From positions 65,347-129,346 of the forward strand of contig CAITIS010000067.1 in the NCBI GenBank assembly GCA_903892515.1: a stretch of 64,000 nt of DNA, read 5' to 3'. Position 1 is the stretch's first letter. Every line of letters begins with the position of its first letter. The position numbers and the translations under genes were made by a program. The DNA is from an uncultured Planctomycetota bacterium (GTDB lineage: Bacteria > Planctomycetota > Phycisphaerae > SM23-33). Below, piece by piece: positions 41,035-51,051 of the stretch. A model generated the notes under the pieces. The model was given only the letters and a program-made list of their open reading frames with translations. It was not told the DNA's origin and ran no database searches.

Positions 41035-41292
41035 TACTACAACGCTACGAATGGAGCTTTGATAATTCGCCTGGCTTGGAGGCCCGGAGGGCCGAAACGA
41101 TTGTAGCCGTGGGCGTAAGCCCACGGAGACCGCCCCAGTGGCAAAGAGCCCCGGCGGGGCGACAGAGTCGTTGGACAAGCCAACGGTGTCGCCCCTTCGG
41201 GGCTCAGGCACAAGCCCATGCATACCGGGGGCTTACGCCCCCGGCTACAGTAGTACCGACCCTTCGGGTCTGAATTTCGTAGCGTTGTAGTA
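41035..41292. repeat. 258-bp structured element bounded by 17-bp perfect inverted repeats (TACTACAACGCTACGAA), MITE-like or structured RNA
   Basis: IR-L 41035..41051, IR-R 41276..41292. Nested internal inverted repeats (GGCGTAAGCCC/GGGCTTACGCC, GGGGCGAC/GTCGCCCC, CCCTTCGGG). Confidence 0.55.
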
Positions 41293-41539
41293 CTAACTGC
41301 GTCATCTGCAAATGGCGACTACTTCTCTGCAGGCAGTTGCGAATTGCGACGCAGAGAAACGGAGAGGCAGAGAAGGGCCGAGAATATTCAAGGGAATAAG
41401 GCGGAAGTCTCTCAATGGCTCCCCGAATCAGTTCTTCTCACAGTGCCTTTCTTCTCTGAGCCTCTCGACCTCTGCGTCGAATGCTGCCTGCTCTTCAAAG
41501 AGGTTCCCGCCAGAGAAGACAAGCGCGCCCAATCCCCCA

Positions 41540-42607
41540 CTAGCTCCACGGGGTCCGCTTCTTGATGACCTTCTTATCGCGGAAGTACTTCACGCGCTTG
41601 TAGTGGTCCTGCACGTTCGTCAGCAGCGGGTTGGTCTCATTCATGTCCTGGCCGGTGATCATGGTCAGCAACTCGGAGAACTCCTTCTCCGCCCGCAGCC
41701 AATCCTGGTCCTTTTCCAGCAGGTACGCATTGCGGTACTGTTCGCTGACCCGCTGCGTGACCTTTTCCAGCACCTGCTGGTACATGCGGTCATTTTCCGG
41801 ATCGGCAAAGAAGTTCCTGCCGCTGTACGCGTAGGCCTCCTTAAAGGCCTCCAGCACGCGGTAAAGGTGCGGCGAATCCAGCCCGTACTGCTGGTAGAGC
41901 CCCAGGGCGTAGTGCAGGCGATCTTCCATCAGCACCGGATTGACCGCCCGAACAGGCCGGGTCTCCAACGCTTTGGCGATGTCAGAACGCGAAAGTTCCG
42001 GCGGAATGGGCATTTCGTTCTCGTGCCGGCTGCTCAAGCCGGAGAGAAACAAGAACAGCAGCACCATCGCGGCCATGTATACGCCCAGGATGATCAGCAG
42101 CTTCTTTCGCCGCGAACTCTTGGGCACCGTCAACTTGTCCTGCAGGCCGACGCCGACGGCCTTGATGGCATTGCGACCTTCCGAGAGGGCAGGCAGCGTT
42201 TTGCCGGCATCAGGCTGGACCTTCTTGACGGTCTGGCCAAAGGCGTTGCGGCGTTTGTCGGGCTTCAACATGGCGGCCACGGCCTGCTCAACATCATCGC
42301 CGACGGCCACGAAGAGCAACTCGGTCTCGCGACCCACGCCGATGAGGTCGCCCGTATCCAAAAGCACGCTCTTGCCGCTTTTATACTTCCGGCCGTTGAT
42401 CCACGTGCCCAGGGCTGAAATGTTTTCGATGACCAGGCCGTCATCCACCCGGCGAAATCGAGCATGCTCGCGAGAAATGTACTGCTCGCTCAGAGACACA
42501 TTGGCCTCGGCAGAGCGGCCCAACAGCATGAGCGGGTCGGTCAGGATGACCCGCTTGCCGGCCTGGGGGCCCGCGAGAAACACAAGTTCGGCGTAAGTTT
42601 GACTCAT
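41540..42607 (-). CDS. FHA-domain protein with central TM helix (Tad/Kil-locus associated)
   Basis: N-terminal FHA (LLGRS..NVSLSEQYISREHARF ... NISALGTWINGRK). TM segment LLIILGVYMAAMVLLFLFLSGL. Confidence 0.75.
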   Translation of the reverse strand: MSQTYAELVFLAGPQAGKRVILTDPLMLLGRSAEANVSLSEQYISREHARFRRVDDGLVIENISALGTWINGRKYKSGKSVLLDTGDLIGVGRETELLFVAVGDDVEQAVAAMLKPDKRRNAFGQTVKKVQPDAGKTLPALSEGRNAIKAVGVGLQDKLTVPKSSRRKKLLIILGVYMAAMVLLFLFLSGLSSRHENEMPIPPELSRSDIAKALETRPVRAVNPVLMEDRLHYALGLYQQYGLDSPHLYRVLEAFKEAYAYSGRNFFADPENDRMYQQVLEKVTQRVSEQYRNAYLLEKDQDWLRAEKEFSELLTMITGQDMNETNPLLTNVQDHYKRVKYFRDKKVIKKRTPWS

Positions 42608-42710
42608 GGCTTGCTGGTTAGTCAGTTAATCGGTGAAGCAGCTAATCTCACGCGTCATCAGCATCAGCGTACGCCCGCGACCGGTCGCTGATTAACTGGT
42701 CTACTCTCCC

Positions 42711-43649
42711 TCAGAACAACTCCCGCTTCAAGGCCCGGATGATAATCGGAGCGAACACGGTCAGCACGACTGAAAGCAGCACCAGCAGGCTGGGCACGAG
42801 AATCCGCACCGAAGCGGCCGCTGCCAGTTTCTCCGCCCGCACAGACCGCTGCAACCGCATCAGGTTGGCCTGTTCTTTGAGCACAATCGACAGCGGCGTA
42901 CCGAGCCCTTCGGCCTGGATGATCGCCGCCACGATCGAGCGCAGCGATTCCAGCGGAATTCTATCGGACAGGTTGTGCAGTGCCATCGCCCGCGTGGTGC
43001 CCAGTTCCACCTCGGCCAGGACCGTGTTCAATTCCACGTTGAACGGGTGGCTGGGGTCTTCTCGGATCACCGTGCGAATCGCCTCGGTGAAGGTTGCGCC
43101 GGCCCCCATTGCCAATGCGATCAGGTCCAGCGTGTACGGCACGCGCCGGGCGATGTCATGCACCCGCCGCTTGGCCATGTTAAAGAGGTGGTACAGGTAA
43201 AAGCCGAAGCCGCCGACCAAACCAATGACGAGGGCCGCCGGGCTGAACTGCTGCTGCAGGGCCATGTTACCGACTGTCAGCAGGCCCGCTGAACCCACGC
43301 TGACGAGCAAGGCCATGGCAATGGCCTCATCCGTGGTGTAGAAGTTCGGGCTGCCGGCCGCAATGAGCGTCCGCCGAAGTCTTTCTCGCAAATTCGGGGC
43401 CGGAAGCTGCCGGGACAATGCCAGCAGCAGCCACAGCATGGGCGCGAAGAATGAGTTTTCAAAGAGCGTGCGCCGGTCGGCATGGCCAGTGGCAAGCGCC
43501 ATCTGCCGCTCGGGCGTGACCTCGACCCGGCCGTGCACGCCGAAGACCGCCAGCACGAACGCCACCACGAAGGCGAAGATCGCCCCCGCCAGGCCCCACT
43601 GCAGCAGGCTCATCTCGGCCAACGGGATGTTCAGTTCGATGTTATACAT
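42711..43649 (-). CDS. Tad pilus inner-membrane platform protein TadC-like (T2SS-F family)
   Basis: Polytopic. T2SSF-domain-like. Adjacent to and overlapping the TadB-like gene. Confidence 0.65.
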   Translation of the reverse strand: MYNIELNIPLAEMSLLQWGLAGAIFAFVVAFVLAVFGVHGRVEVTPERQMALATGHADRRTLFENSFFAPMLWLLLALSRQLPAPNLRERLRRTLIAAGSPNFYTTDEAIAMALLVSVGSAGLLTVGNMALQQQFSPAALVIGLVGGFGFYLYHLFNMAKRRVHDIARRVPYTLDLIALAMGAGATFTEAIRTVIREDPSHPFNVELNTVLAEVELGTTRAMALHNLSDRIPLESLRSIVAAIIQAEGLGTPLSIVLKEQANLMRLQRSVRAEKLAAAASVRILVPSLLVLLSVVLTVFAPIIIRALKRELF

Positions 43650-44507
43650 CGATGGACACAATCTGGCGGATCCACAGGAACCCGGCAACGTTGAGCAGAA
43701 TAATGAAAAACAGGATGACCTTTCCGGTGTCCTCGGTCACCAGCAGGCTCACGCCGTACGGGTCGATCATGTACAAAATGGCCAGAATCACCGCCGGCAT
43801 GGCGCCCATCCACCTGGCGGCCGTGCGACCCGGGGCGGTCAGCGTCTCGATCTGCTTCTCCAACCGATGAATCTCGCGGATGCTCTCGGCGATCCGTTCC
43901 AGCGTTTCGCCCAGGTCACCGCCGCGCTCGCGGTGCGTTAATAGAGCGGAAAACAGCAGCCGGTAGTTGCTCGACCCAATCCGGGAGGCCGCGTTCTGCA
44001 TGGCCTGTTCGAGCGAAATTCCGTGCTCGTACTCCCGCAGCAGGTGGGTGAATTCCTCGCTGATGGGCTTGGAGGCGTTGTGGGCCAACAGTTCCATCGC
44101 CTGCACCAGGTTGAGCCCGGCCCGCACGCCGCTGGACAACGTCTGGATGCCGTCAACAAGCTGATCCTCCAGCCGTGAAAGCCGCCGGCGTTTGAGCATC
44201 TTGATCGTCAGCACCGGCACGGCCAGCCCCAGCAAGGCCCCGCCCACCGCCACGAGCGCGTGCTGAATCAGCGTGTAGCCGATGGTAGCGAATAACGCCA
44301 TGCACAGGCCCGTCAGGACCGTCACCGTTCGCGGACTGATCTCCAGCAGCAGCGAGCCGCGTAGGACGGATTCGTACCCGCTCTCCTGACGCAGCACGAA
44401 ACGCCGAAACGGCGCCCAGCCGCCCAGAACAACCAGGAATACGGCCGTGAAGAGCACCGCTCCCATCGCGATCTGCCACAGCCGTTCGTCAGCCACCACC
44501 GCCATCA
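43642..44507 (-). CDS. Tad pilus inner-membrane platform protein TadB-like (T2SS-F family)
   Basis: Start set at [10 protein letters not shown] (first 148 codons of the long ORF overlap cpaF out of frame). Polytopic T2SSF-like. Confidence 0.65.
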
Positions 44508-46412
44508 CTGAAAGACCTCCAGCGCCAGCAGATCCTTTGCCATGAGTTCCTGCGTGAATTCCGGAATGTAGCCGGTGTGCTGGAGCCGCAGTTCGCCCTT
44601 CCACGCGCTGTCGAAGATATTGCCGCTGCCGAAGGACTCGTGTGCCGGCCGGAGGACGAAGATGTCCTCCGTGAGAATCTGCGAGGTTTCCTGATCCAGC
44701 CCCACCACCTCCGAAATATGCGTAATCCGCCGCCGGCCATCGGGGAATCTGGCTACCTGCACCACCAGGTGGATGGCCGCCACGATCTGCTCGCGAATAG
44801 CCCGCACCGGCATCTCGACGGCGGTCAGAACCATGGTTTCCAGCCGCATCATCGTGTCGGTCGGCGTGTTGGCGTGGATCGTGGTCAGCGAACCATCGTG
44901 GCCGGTGTTCATGGCCTGGAGCATGTCCAGAGCCTCGGGGCCGCGGCATTCGCCGACAATCAGCCGGTCCGGCCGCATACGCAGCGCGTTGCGGACCAGG
45001 TCGCGGATCGTGTAGGCGCCCCGGCCCTCGATGTTGGGCGGCCTGGTCTCCAGCCGGACGACGTGCTCCTGCGGCAGTTGCAGTTCGGCCGAATCTTCAA
45101 TGGTGACGATGCGTTCTTCGGCCCCGATGAAGGCAGCCAGCACGTTTAGCGTCGTGGTCTTGCCGCTGCCCGTGCCGCCGGAGATCAGGATGTTCTTCCG
45201 GCCTTGCACGCAGGCCTTGAGAAAGTTGGCCGTCGCCTCCGTCAGCGTGCTCCGCTCGACGAGGTCGTCGATGGTGAAGGGAATGCGGGCGAATTTTCGG
45301 ATCGTCAGGGTTGGCCCCGACAGGCTCAGCGGGTTGATGATAGCGTTGACGCGCGAGCCGTCGCTCAATCGGGCGTCCACCAGCGGCGTGGAGCGGTCGA
45401 TGCGCCTGCCCACGGGCGTGATGATTCGCTCGATAATGCTCAGGACAACTTCGTCGGAGAAGAAACTGCGGTCGGTGTTGGACACCTGGCCGTCCTTCTC
45501 AATATAAATGTGGTCCTTGCCCACGACCATGATCTCGTTGACGTGGGGCATCTCCAACAGATCCTGCAACGGGCCGTAGCCAAAGACGACGTCCTCGATT
45601 TCCTTGCTGACCATCCGCGTGGCCACGTAGCGGCGCAGCTCGTCAGTCACCTTGTCATCGCACCGCCGCAGCACGTTGTCGAAGTCCGCCTCGATCATGG
45701 CGGCGTCTTCCCGAATGGACTGCGGCGTCAGCCGAACCGGGAAGTAGCTGATGATGTCGCCCACAAGCCGGCTGAGCGTCTTTTCCAGTTCGCCCTGCAG
45801 GATGTCGGAATCCTCGAAACCGTAGCTGTACATCATCCGGCCTGTAGAACGCATGGTCAGTTCGGTAATGACGGAGCGCCAGAGGAATTCACGCAGCAGG
45901 TGAGCGAGCATCTCCTCGTCGAGTTCAGGCAACCGCTGCTGGATGATCTCGGCCAGGTGCCGCTTGATCAAGGCCGCGTAGTCCGCGTCGGCCTTGGCCA
46001 CTTGCGAGGCCACGCGCAAGTTCAGCCGTTCGAGCAATTGGGCGTGCAGCGACTGTTCGAATTCCACCAGCCGGCGGCGTGGCGTGGTCGTTTCGGCCGA
46101 GGCGCGTCCGCGCCGGGCCGATGGCTCCATCATGAACAGCGAGAACTCGCCCAGGCGAATCTCGTCACCGTAAGAGATCTTCGCACGCGTGTGCGGCGGA
46201 ACGTCGCGGTTGGCAACCGTCGTGCCGTTTAAGCCCAGGCTCTCGACGAAAAAGCTGCCGCTGTCCTTGAACAGCCGGGCGTGCTGACGCGAGACAAACG
46301 GGCTCTTGAGCGCAACCGTATTGCGCTCATCCCGGCCGATAGTGACTTCGCCATCGCCGACCTGGACGACCTTGCGCTCATCGGACAGGTGATTGTAGAC
46401 CCAGATTTCCAA
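44505..46412 (-). CDS. cpaF: Tad secretion ATPase CpaF/TadA with N-terminal FHA domain
   Basis: FHA motifs ([21 protein letters not shown]...GLNGTTVAN) then VirB11/CpaF core (Walker [10 protein letters not shown], Asp box, Walker B, His box). Confidence 0.85.
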   Translation of the reverse strand: MEIWVYNHLSDERKVVQVGDGEVTIGRDERNTVALKSPFVSRQHARLFKDSGSFFVESLGLNGTTVANRDVPPHTRAKISYGDEIRLGEFSLFMMEPSARRGRASAETTTPRRRLVEFEQSLHAQLLERLNLRVASQVAKADADYAALIKRHLAEIIQQRLPELDEEMLAHLLREFLWRSVITELTMRSTGRMMYSYGFEDSDILQGELEKTLSRLVGDIISYFPVRLTPQSIREDAAMIEADFDNVLRRCDDKVTDELRRYVATRMVSKEIEDVVFGYGPLQDLLEMPHVNEIMVVGKDHIYIEKDGQVSNTDRSFFSDEVVLSIIERIITPVGRRIDRSTPLVDARLSDGSRVNAIINPLSLSGPTLTIRKFARIPFTIDDLVERSTLTEATANFLKACVQGRKNILISGGTGSGKTTTLNVLAAFIGAEERIVTIEDSAELQLPQEHVVRLETRPPNIEGRGAYTIRDLVRNALRMRPDRLIVGECRGPEALDMLQAMNTGHDGSLTTIHANTPTDTMMRLETMVLTAVEMPVRAIREQIVAAIHLVVQVARFPDGRRRITHISEVVGLDQETSQILTEDIFVLRPAHESFGSGNIFDSAWKGELRLQHTGYIPEFTQELMAKDLLALEVFQ

Positions 46413-46428
46413 ACGCCTCTCCCGCTGC

Positions 46429-47262
46429 CTATTGTCCCGGCTTTCCCGGTGTCACCGGCGCGTTGCTCAGCAGCGCCTCGACCTCCGGGTTGAGCTTGTT
46501 GTCGAACTGGGCCTGGTTGTCGGTGGGGTTCCTCACCGCCAGCCAAAGCTTGCCCTCGATCCGCGGCATCAGATCGGCCAGTTGCACGGCCACTTCAGGT
46601 TTGAGTTCCACGGTGAACGACCGGTACACGCGGGCGGCGCTGTCGCGGGCCGAGGAAACGCCTGGCCGGTCGTCGGGTGATTCGCTGCGCCCACCGATCG
46701 CGATGACGCGCAGATTCTGAATCAGCACATACGCCTTGGCCGGCCTGCCCTTGATGCTGAACAAGCCGATCAGATCGGCGCGGTCACCCACCTGAAGCAA
46801 GCCGCCGGGCGTGTAGCTCGGGTCCACCGGCAGCGAGACGCCCAGCATGCCCTTGCGGATGTTGATTGACGGGCTCTCGCGGTCGGAGCCGACAAGCTGA
46901 ACGAAGCGAATGTACTCGTCGCGGCTGACGGCGCGGTTGACGTGTACGTTTGGCCCCAACACAAGCTGTCGATCGGCCTTGGTCAGCACCTTGCCCTGGC
47001 TGTTGTATTCGTTGCGGTGGATGTCCACCTCGGCAAAGTCGTTGGGCGTGATTTCTTCGCCGCTCTTTAAGTCGCGAGTCCACTTGAGCACCGTGACGGT
47101 GTCGCCGGTCAATTGCCGCTCGCGGGCCGAGTCGTAGGCAATGAACAATCCCACGGCCACCAAGCCGGCGATCACCGCCACGAGCAGCAGCTTCTTGTTG
47201 ACCTGGCCGTCGCCGCCGGTGGGCGTCCCAGGGGCAATCCTCTTGGCAGTCGTTTCAGCCAT
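46429..47262 (-). CDS. cpaB: Flp pilus assembly protein CpaB/RcpC (SAF + periplasmic domain)
   Basis: N-terminal TM segment LLLVAVIAGLVAVGLF. SAF-like region and conserved CpaB C-terminal domain. Start at MAETTAKR. Confidence 0.75.
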   Translation of the reverse strand: MAETTAKRIAPGTPTGGDGQVNKKLLLVAVIAGLVAVGLFIAYDSARERQLTGDTVTVLKWTRDLKSGEEITPNDFAEVDIHRNEYNSQGKVLTKADRQLVLGPNVHVNRAVSRDEYIRFVQLVGSDRESPSINIRKGMLGVSLPVDPSYTPGGLLQVGDRADLIGLFSIKGRPAKAYVLIQNLRVIAIGGRSESPDDRPGVSSARDSAARVYRSFTVELKPEVAVQLADLMPRIEGKLWLAVRNPTDNQAQFDNKLNPEVEALLSNAPVTPGKPGQ

Positions 47263-47399
47263 CGTCTTCCTCGACCTCGTTTCGCCGCGTGACACGGGCG
47301 TCTCGCCCGTGCGTGTCACGGCCGTCTCGGCCGTGTTTCCTTCAGAACCATGGGCGAGACGCCCATGACACACATGGCCGAGACGGCCATGTCACATTC

Positions 47400-48014
47400 C
47401 TATCTCTTTAGCGGACGGGAGATCGCCAACGCAATCTCCGCCTGATCTTTTCTATCGGCTTGTCGAATGCCCACCCAGTAGGACTCTCCGTGGGCTTGGA
47501 CGAACGTGAGAGCGGATGAGCCGTCAATACCGGTGCGTTTCACGAGTTTGTACCCAAGTTTAGGCATGGCGGTTCGATAGAACGATTCCACGTCGTCCGG
47601 GCTAGAGGCCGCCGCATAGTGTAAGCTCCAACTCTCGATCCCGCCAATGTCGCGTGAAAAGCCGTACAGAAGCCGGCTCCCAGGCGGCGAAACCACCCAC
47701 GCCGGCGGCTGGGTCACCGGCCGCATGTGCTCCATCGCAAAGGGCTGGCTGGCCAAGGCAAACGGATCGGACGCGGGCATGGTCGAGTTCGCCGCCCAGG
47801 CATCTGCGTAATCTGCGGACGGCTGGGGCAAGTGACGAGCCCGCAGATTCCGCTCGACGACAAGAACATGCCCCGCAAGCCCCAACCCCACTGCCAGCAA
47901 CACGCCCATAACTTTCCACGCCAGTCGATGTCCAGACAGTCGGGGGCGGCTGGGCCGCTGGCTCTGGCCGTTGCCGCATTGCGCGTGCTCAGTTGGGCGG
48001 TCTGGCACCGTCAT
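47400..48014 (-). CDS. hypothetical membrane-anchored protein within Tad locus
   Basis: 204-aa ORF with an N-terminal hydrophobic segment. No recognised family. Overlaps the tadE-like stop by 4 nt. Confidence 0.45.
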   Translation of the reverse strand: MTVPDRPTEHAQCGNGQSQRPSRPRLSGHRLAWKVMGVLLAVGLGLAGHVLVVERNLRARHLPQPSADYADAWAANSTMPASDPFALASQPFAMEHMRPVTQPPAWVVSPPGSRLLYGFSRDIGGIESWSLHYAAASSPDDVESFYRTAMPKLGYKLVKRTGIDGSSALTFVQAHGESYWVGIRQADRKDQAEIALAISRPLKR

Positions 48015-48619
48015 TGCGTCGGCCGACCCCAGTAGCCCAGGTACAAGTTCTGGATCATCCCAACCATTCCCGCAGCCACCGGGTCAGCCGTTTCCAGCGA
48101 CTGATCCAAGTCCGAGAGGTACAGGGTCCGCAAGGCGTTCCAGCAACTGACGTCGTCGAGAACCCAGGTCACGCCGTCGCGGCTGTGGTGGCTCGATATC
48201 GTCGGCGAGAATCTCGCCCCCGCCCGGGGCTGAAGGGCTAGAAAATCGGCCGAGGCGCGAACATCGGTGCCGCCGGGAAAAGCCTCTCCGATGGTGGCAT
48301 CAGCCAGCGGCTGAGCGCCTTGACTGATCTGGCCAAGCAAGTCCTGCATGGTAGTAACCTCGGCGTTGCTGGGCGTGATGACGACGTTGACGCCCTTGCT
48401 GGCCATGGCCACCTCGTTGGTTCGGTCCTCACTGGGAGTGCCGTTGTAGATCGTCTCCCAGGCGGCGTATCGACTGGCCATGATGACCTGCTGCTTGTGC
48501 AGCATCGCCCAGCCAAAGAAGAAGATGAACGACACCACGGTGGCCAGGAACGGCAAGGCCAGCACCATCTCGGTCATGGCGGTGCCCGCGGCGAATTGTC
48601 GGTTGTGCGTGTGCATCAT
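48011..48619 (-). CDS. TadE-like pseudopilin (TadE/TadG N-terminal motif)
   Basis: N-terminus AAGTAMTEMVLALPFLATVVSFIFF matches the TadE-family pattern. Confidence 0.65.
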   Translation of the reverse strand: MMHTHNRQFAAGTAMTEMVLALPFLATVVSFIFFFGWAMLHKQQVIMASRYAAWETIYNGTPSEDRTNEVAMASKGVNVVITPSNAEVTTMQDLLGQISQGAQPLADATIGEAFPGGTDVRASADFLALQPRAGARFSPTISSHHSRDGVTWVLDDVSCWNALRTLYLSDLDQSLETADPVAAGMVGMIQNLYLGYWGRPTQ

Positions 48620-48706
48620 CTTCTCTCGGTCATCAGGTGGGCCTCACAATACAGCGTTCGGCCCAGCCTACGCATTTCCCTACGCCCTGCGCCCTACGCC
48701 CTGCCT

Positions 48707-50700
48707 CTAATGCTGCATCATCTGCTGGGCCATCTCGGCGCTGAAGTTCGACAAGTATCGGTACGTTTCAGAAACGGCCGACATGGACACAATCCCTTCC
48801 GTCTGGTCGGCCTGGTCTACTCCCTGCGATAGCCGGCTGATCCAGTCGTCCCAACGAGTAACAGGCACGAGTTTGACCTTCCAGTCCTGCGTCCAGAGAT
48901 CCCAACTCGTGGCGTTGAAGATTTCCACCTGCGACACCGCCAGAATGTGATCGAACGGATTCCCGCTGCCAAACCGCTGGGCCCAGGCCGTCGGCGTGTT
49001 TGGCTTGCGCGCGACGCCCAGCCAGGTAAACTGGCTCCGCCGCGATCCCTGATCGTGGTCGCTTGTGTAATCCTTGGCGTTGTCGGCCATCAGGATCGGC
49101 GCCGGCAAGCTTGCGTCATCGAGGCTGTCATAGTTGCTCGGGTCGTGAATCGGTTCGTCACTGCCCACATCGATGCCGCCAAAGACGTAGTCACTCACCA
49201 CGTACACGTTGAACAGAACCGGCTTGCCGCTGGCGTCAAGTTGCAGGGCGATGCCGATGGTTGCGTCTTGCTCCGTCTGGTAGAACCACTGGTCCTCCCA
49301 GATCCACTCGCCAATTTGTTGCAGCGACCATTTGGCAGGGTTTTCCCAATGATCCACCCAAACGGCCATGGGTGTCGGCGGGATGAAAAAGCTACCGGGA
49401 GAGAGGAACCGCCCATCCGTGCGAGGGTATCGGCTGCGAACTTCGATCCTGTAGAACATCGTCTGCCGAATCGTCACACCGCCGCGGTCGGCCAGAGCCA
49501 ATGCCTGCGGATAGTTGATCACCCAGTGGGGTCTGTGAATCTGCCGCTGCGCCTTGTCGCCCCACATGTACGCCAACTTAGCTGGGGCCAGCGTTCCCAT
49601 GTAGTAATTGGTCTGGTCGATGGGACGTTGCGTGGCGTAGCCGGCCGGGCCCGCGCTGGTCCCTGACCAGGGTCTGGCGAAGAGTGTGTCGCTCAGCCCC
49701 GAGGTGGACTGCGCCCACCACCCGACCTGGTCCATCATCCAATCGAAAGGCCCATATGGGGCGTAGCCGGTCTGGTCGATGGGACGCCAGGTCCAGTAGC
49801 CGTTGGGGTTGCCCATGCCGCTAAGTGCTCCGCTGCCGGTGGCACGCGTCTGGCCGCCCAGGCTAAACCCAGACGAGCCGGGTTGTATCTGCCCTGATCC
49901 AGGCGCCGGCGGCACATACCGGCCGGGCACGGTGTGGCCTCGGTAATCGCGCCAGCGAAAGAGTCGATCAAATGGCCCCAGGCGATACGGCCACTGCCGG
50001 TCGGGGATTATGCCATGTTTCACCGGGCCGGCGAAGTCGATGAACGCGCCCCGCCGGCCGGGGAACTCGGGCAGGATCGGCGTGACGAAGGCGTCGCTCG
50101 CCCCATCGCCGTGGCCATACTGCACCGCATTGGACTGGCTCAGCACGCCGGCAGAGGAGGTGACTGACTGGCTCAGTTCGTCCAGACTGACGGCCGCACG
50201 CCACAGTTCGCCGTGCGGCGGCGGTCCCGGCTGGTCGGCCAAGTGCCAATACGTCAATCGCTCCATGCGAAAGATGCCTTGGTTGAACAGCCGGTCCATC
50301 GGATCAAGAATGTTCTTCTGCCGCTCAAAGCGGTCTCGCAGCAGTTTCAGGCCCTGGTAGAGCGGCGAATCCTGGTTGTTGATCGTCTTGAGTTGCGCGG
50401 CCCCCTCCACCACGGCCAGTTGGTCATTCAGCCGGTTCAGCCAGGCGGTGGCGTCGAGGTTCGCCAGTTCCGTCGCCAGCGGAAGGGAGTCCAGGATCGG
50501 CACCAGGGCCAGCATGCGGGTCTGGGCCACGTTGTTCATGGCCACGGTGTTCATGCTGCGGGCCATCCACGTGGCGCCGCCCACGGCCGTGGCGTCGGCA
50601 GCGTTCTGCATCGCCAGATGACCGTTGAGTTGATCGCCGACATTGACGACGTAAAAGATCATTCCCGCCAGCAGCAGAATCCCCAGCAAGACCACCACGA
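48707..50700 (-). CDS. TadG-like large pilus-assembly/pseudopilin protein
   Basis: Tad_N-like pattern VVVLLGILLLAGMIFYVVNVGDQLNGHLAMQNAADATAVGGA. True start likely a GTG near 50690; the long ORF N-terminus is translated repeat DNA. Confidence 0.6.
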
Positions 50701-50947
50701 GAATCTGGCCAGGTTGGAAAAGCAGGCCAGAGGTCAGAGGCCTGAGGGCAGAGGGAGAAGCAACCGCTGGGTGCCATGGTCGCGGAGTCCAGCGACCATG
50801 CGCGCTGCCTGCGTCCGTGTGGCCGCACGCGCCGCGACTACGACCCGCGCGGAAACATGCTTCCCCAAACAGCGTGGAAGCATGGCACCCAATCAAGCGC
50901 GGGCGAGACGCCCATGTCACAAAATGCCTCAGGCCCATGGCAGCTGA

Positions 50948-51014
50948 CCTCAGGCCACTGGCCTCGGGCCTCTGACCTCCGGCCTCTGACCTCCGGCCTC
51001 CGGCCTCTGGCCTC
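50948..51014. repeat. tandem GGCCTCTGACCTCC-type repeats (inverted copy at ~50722-50756)
   Basis: ggcctctgacctccggcctctgacctccggcctccggcctctggcctc seen directly. Reverse-complement copy across the 50760-50940 spacer. Confidence 0.7.
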
Positions 51015-51051
51015 TTCTCTTCGTGGCCTTTGTGGTCCAGGTTTTCCCGCA

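Noticed and set aside
43642-44949. Full 435-aa ORF as the TadB-like gene
   Set aside because: First ~148 codons overlap cpaF in another frame and are Gly/Arg-rich. The T2SSF-like region starts at [10 protein letters not shown], so the start was trimmed to ~44507.
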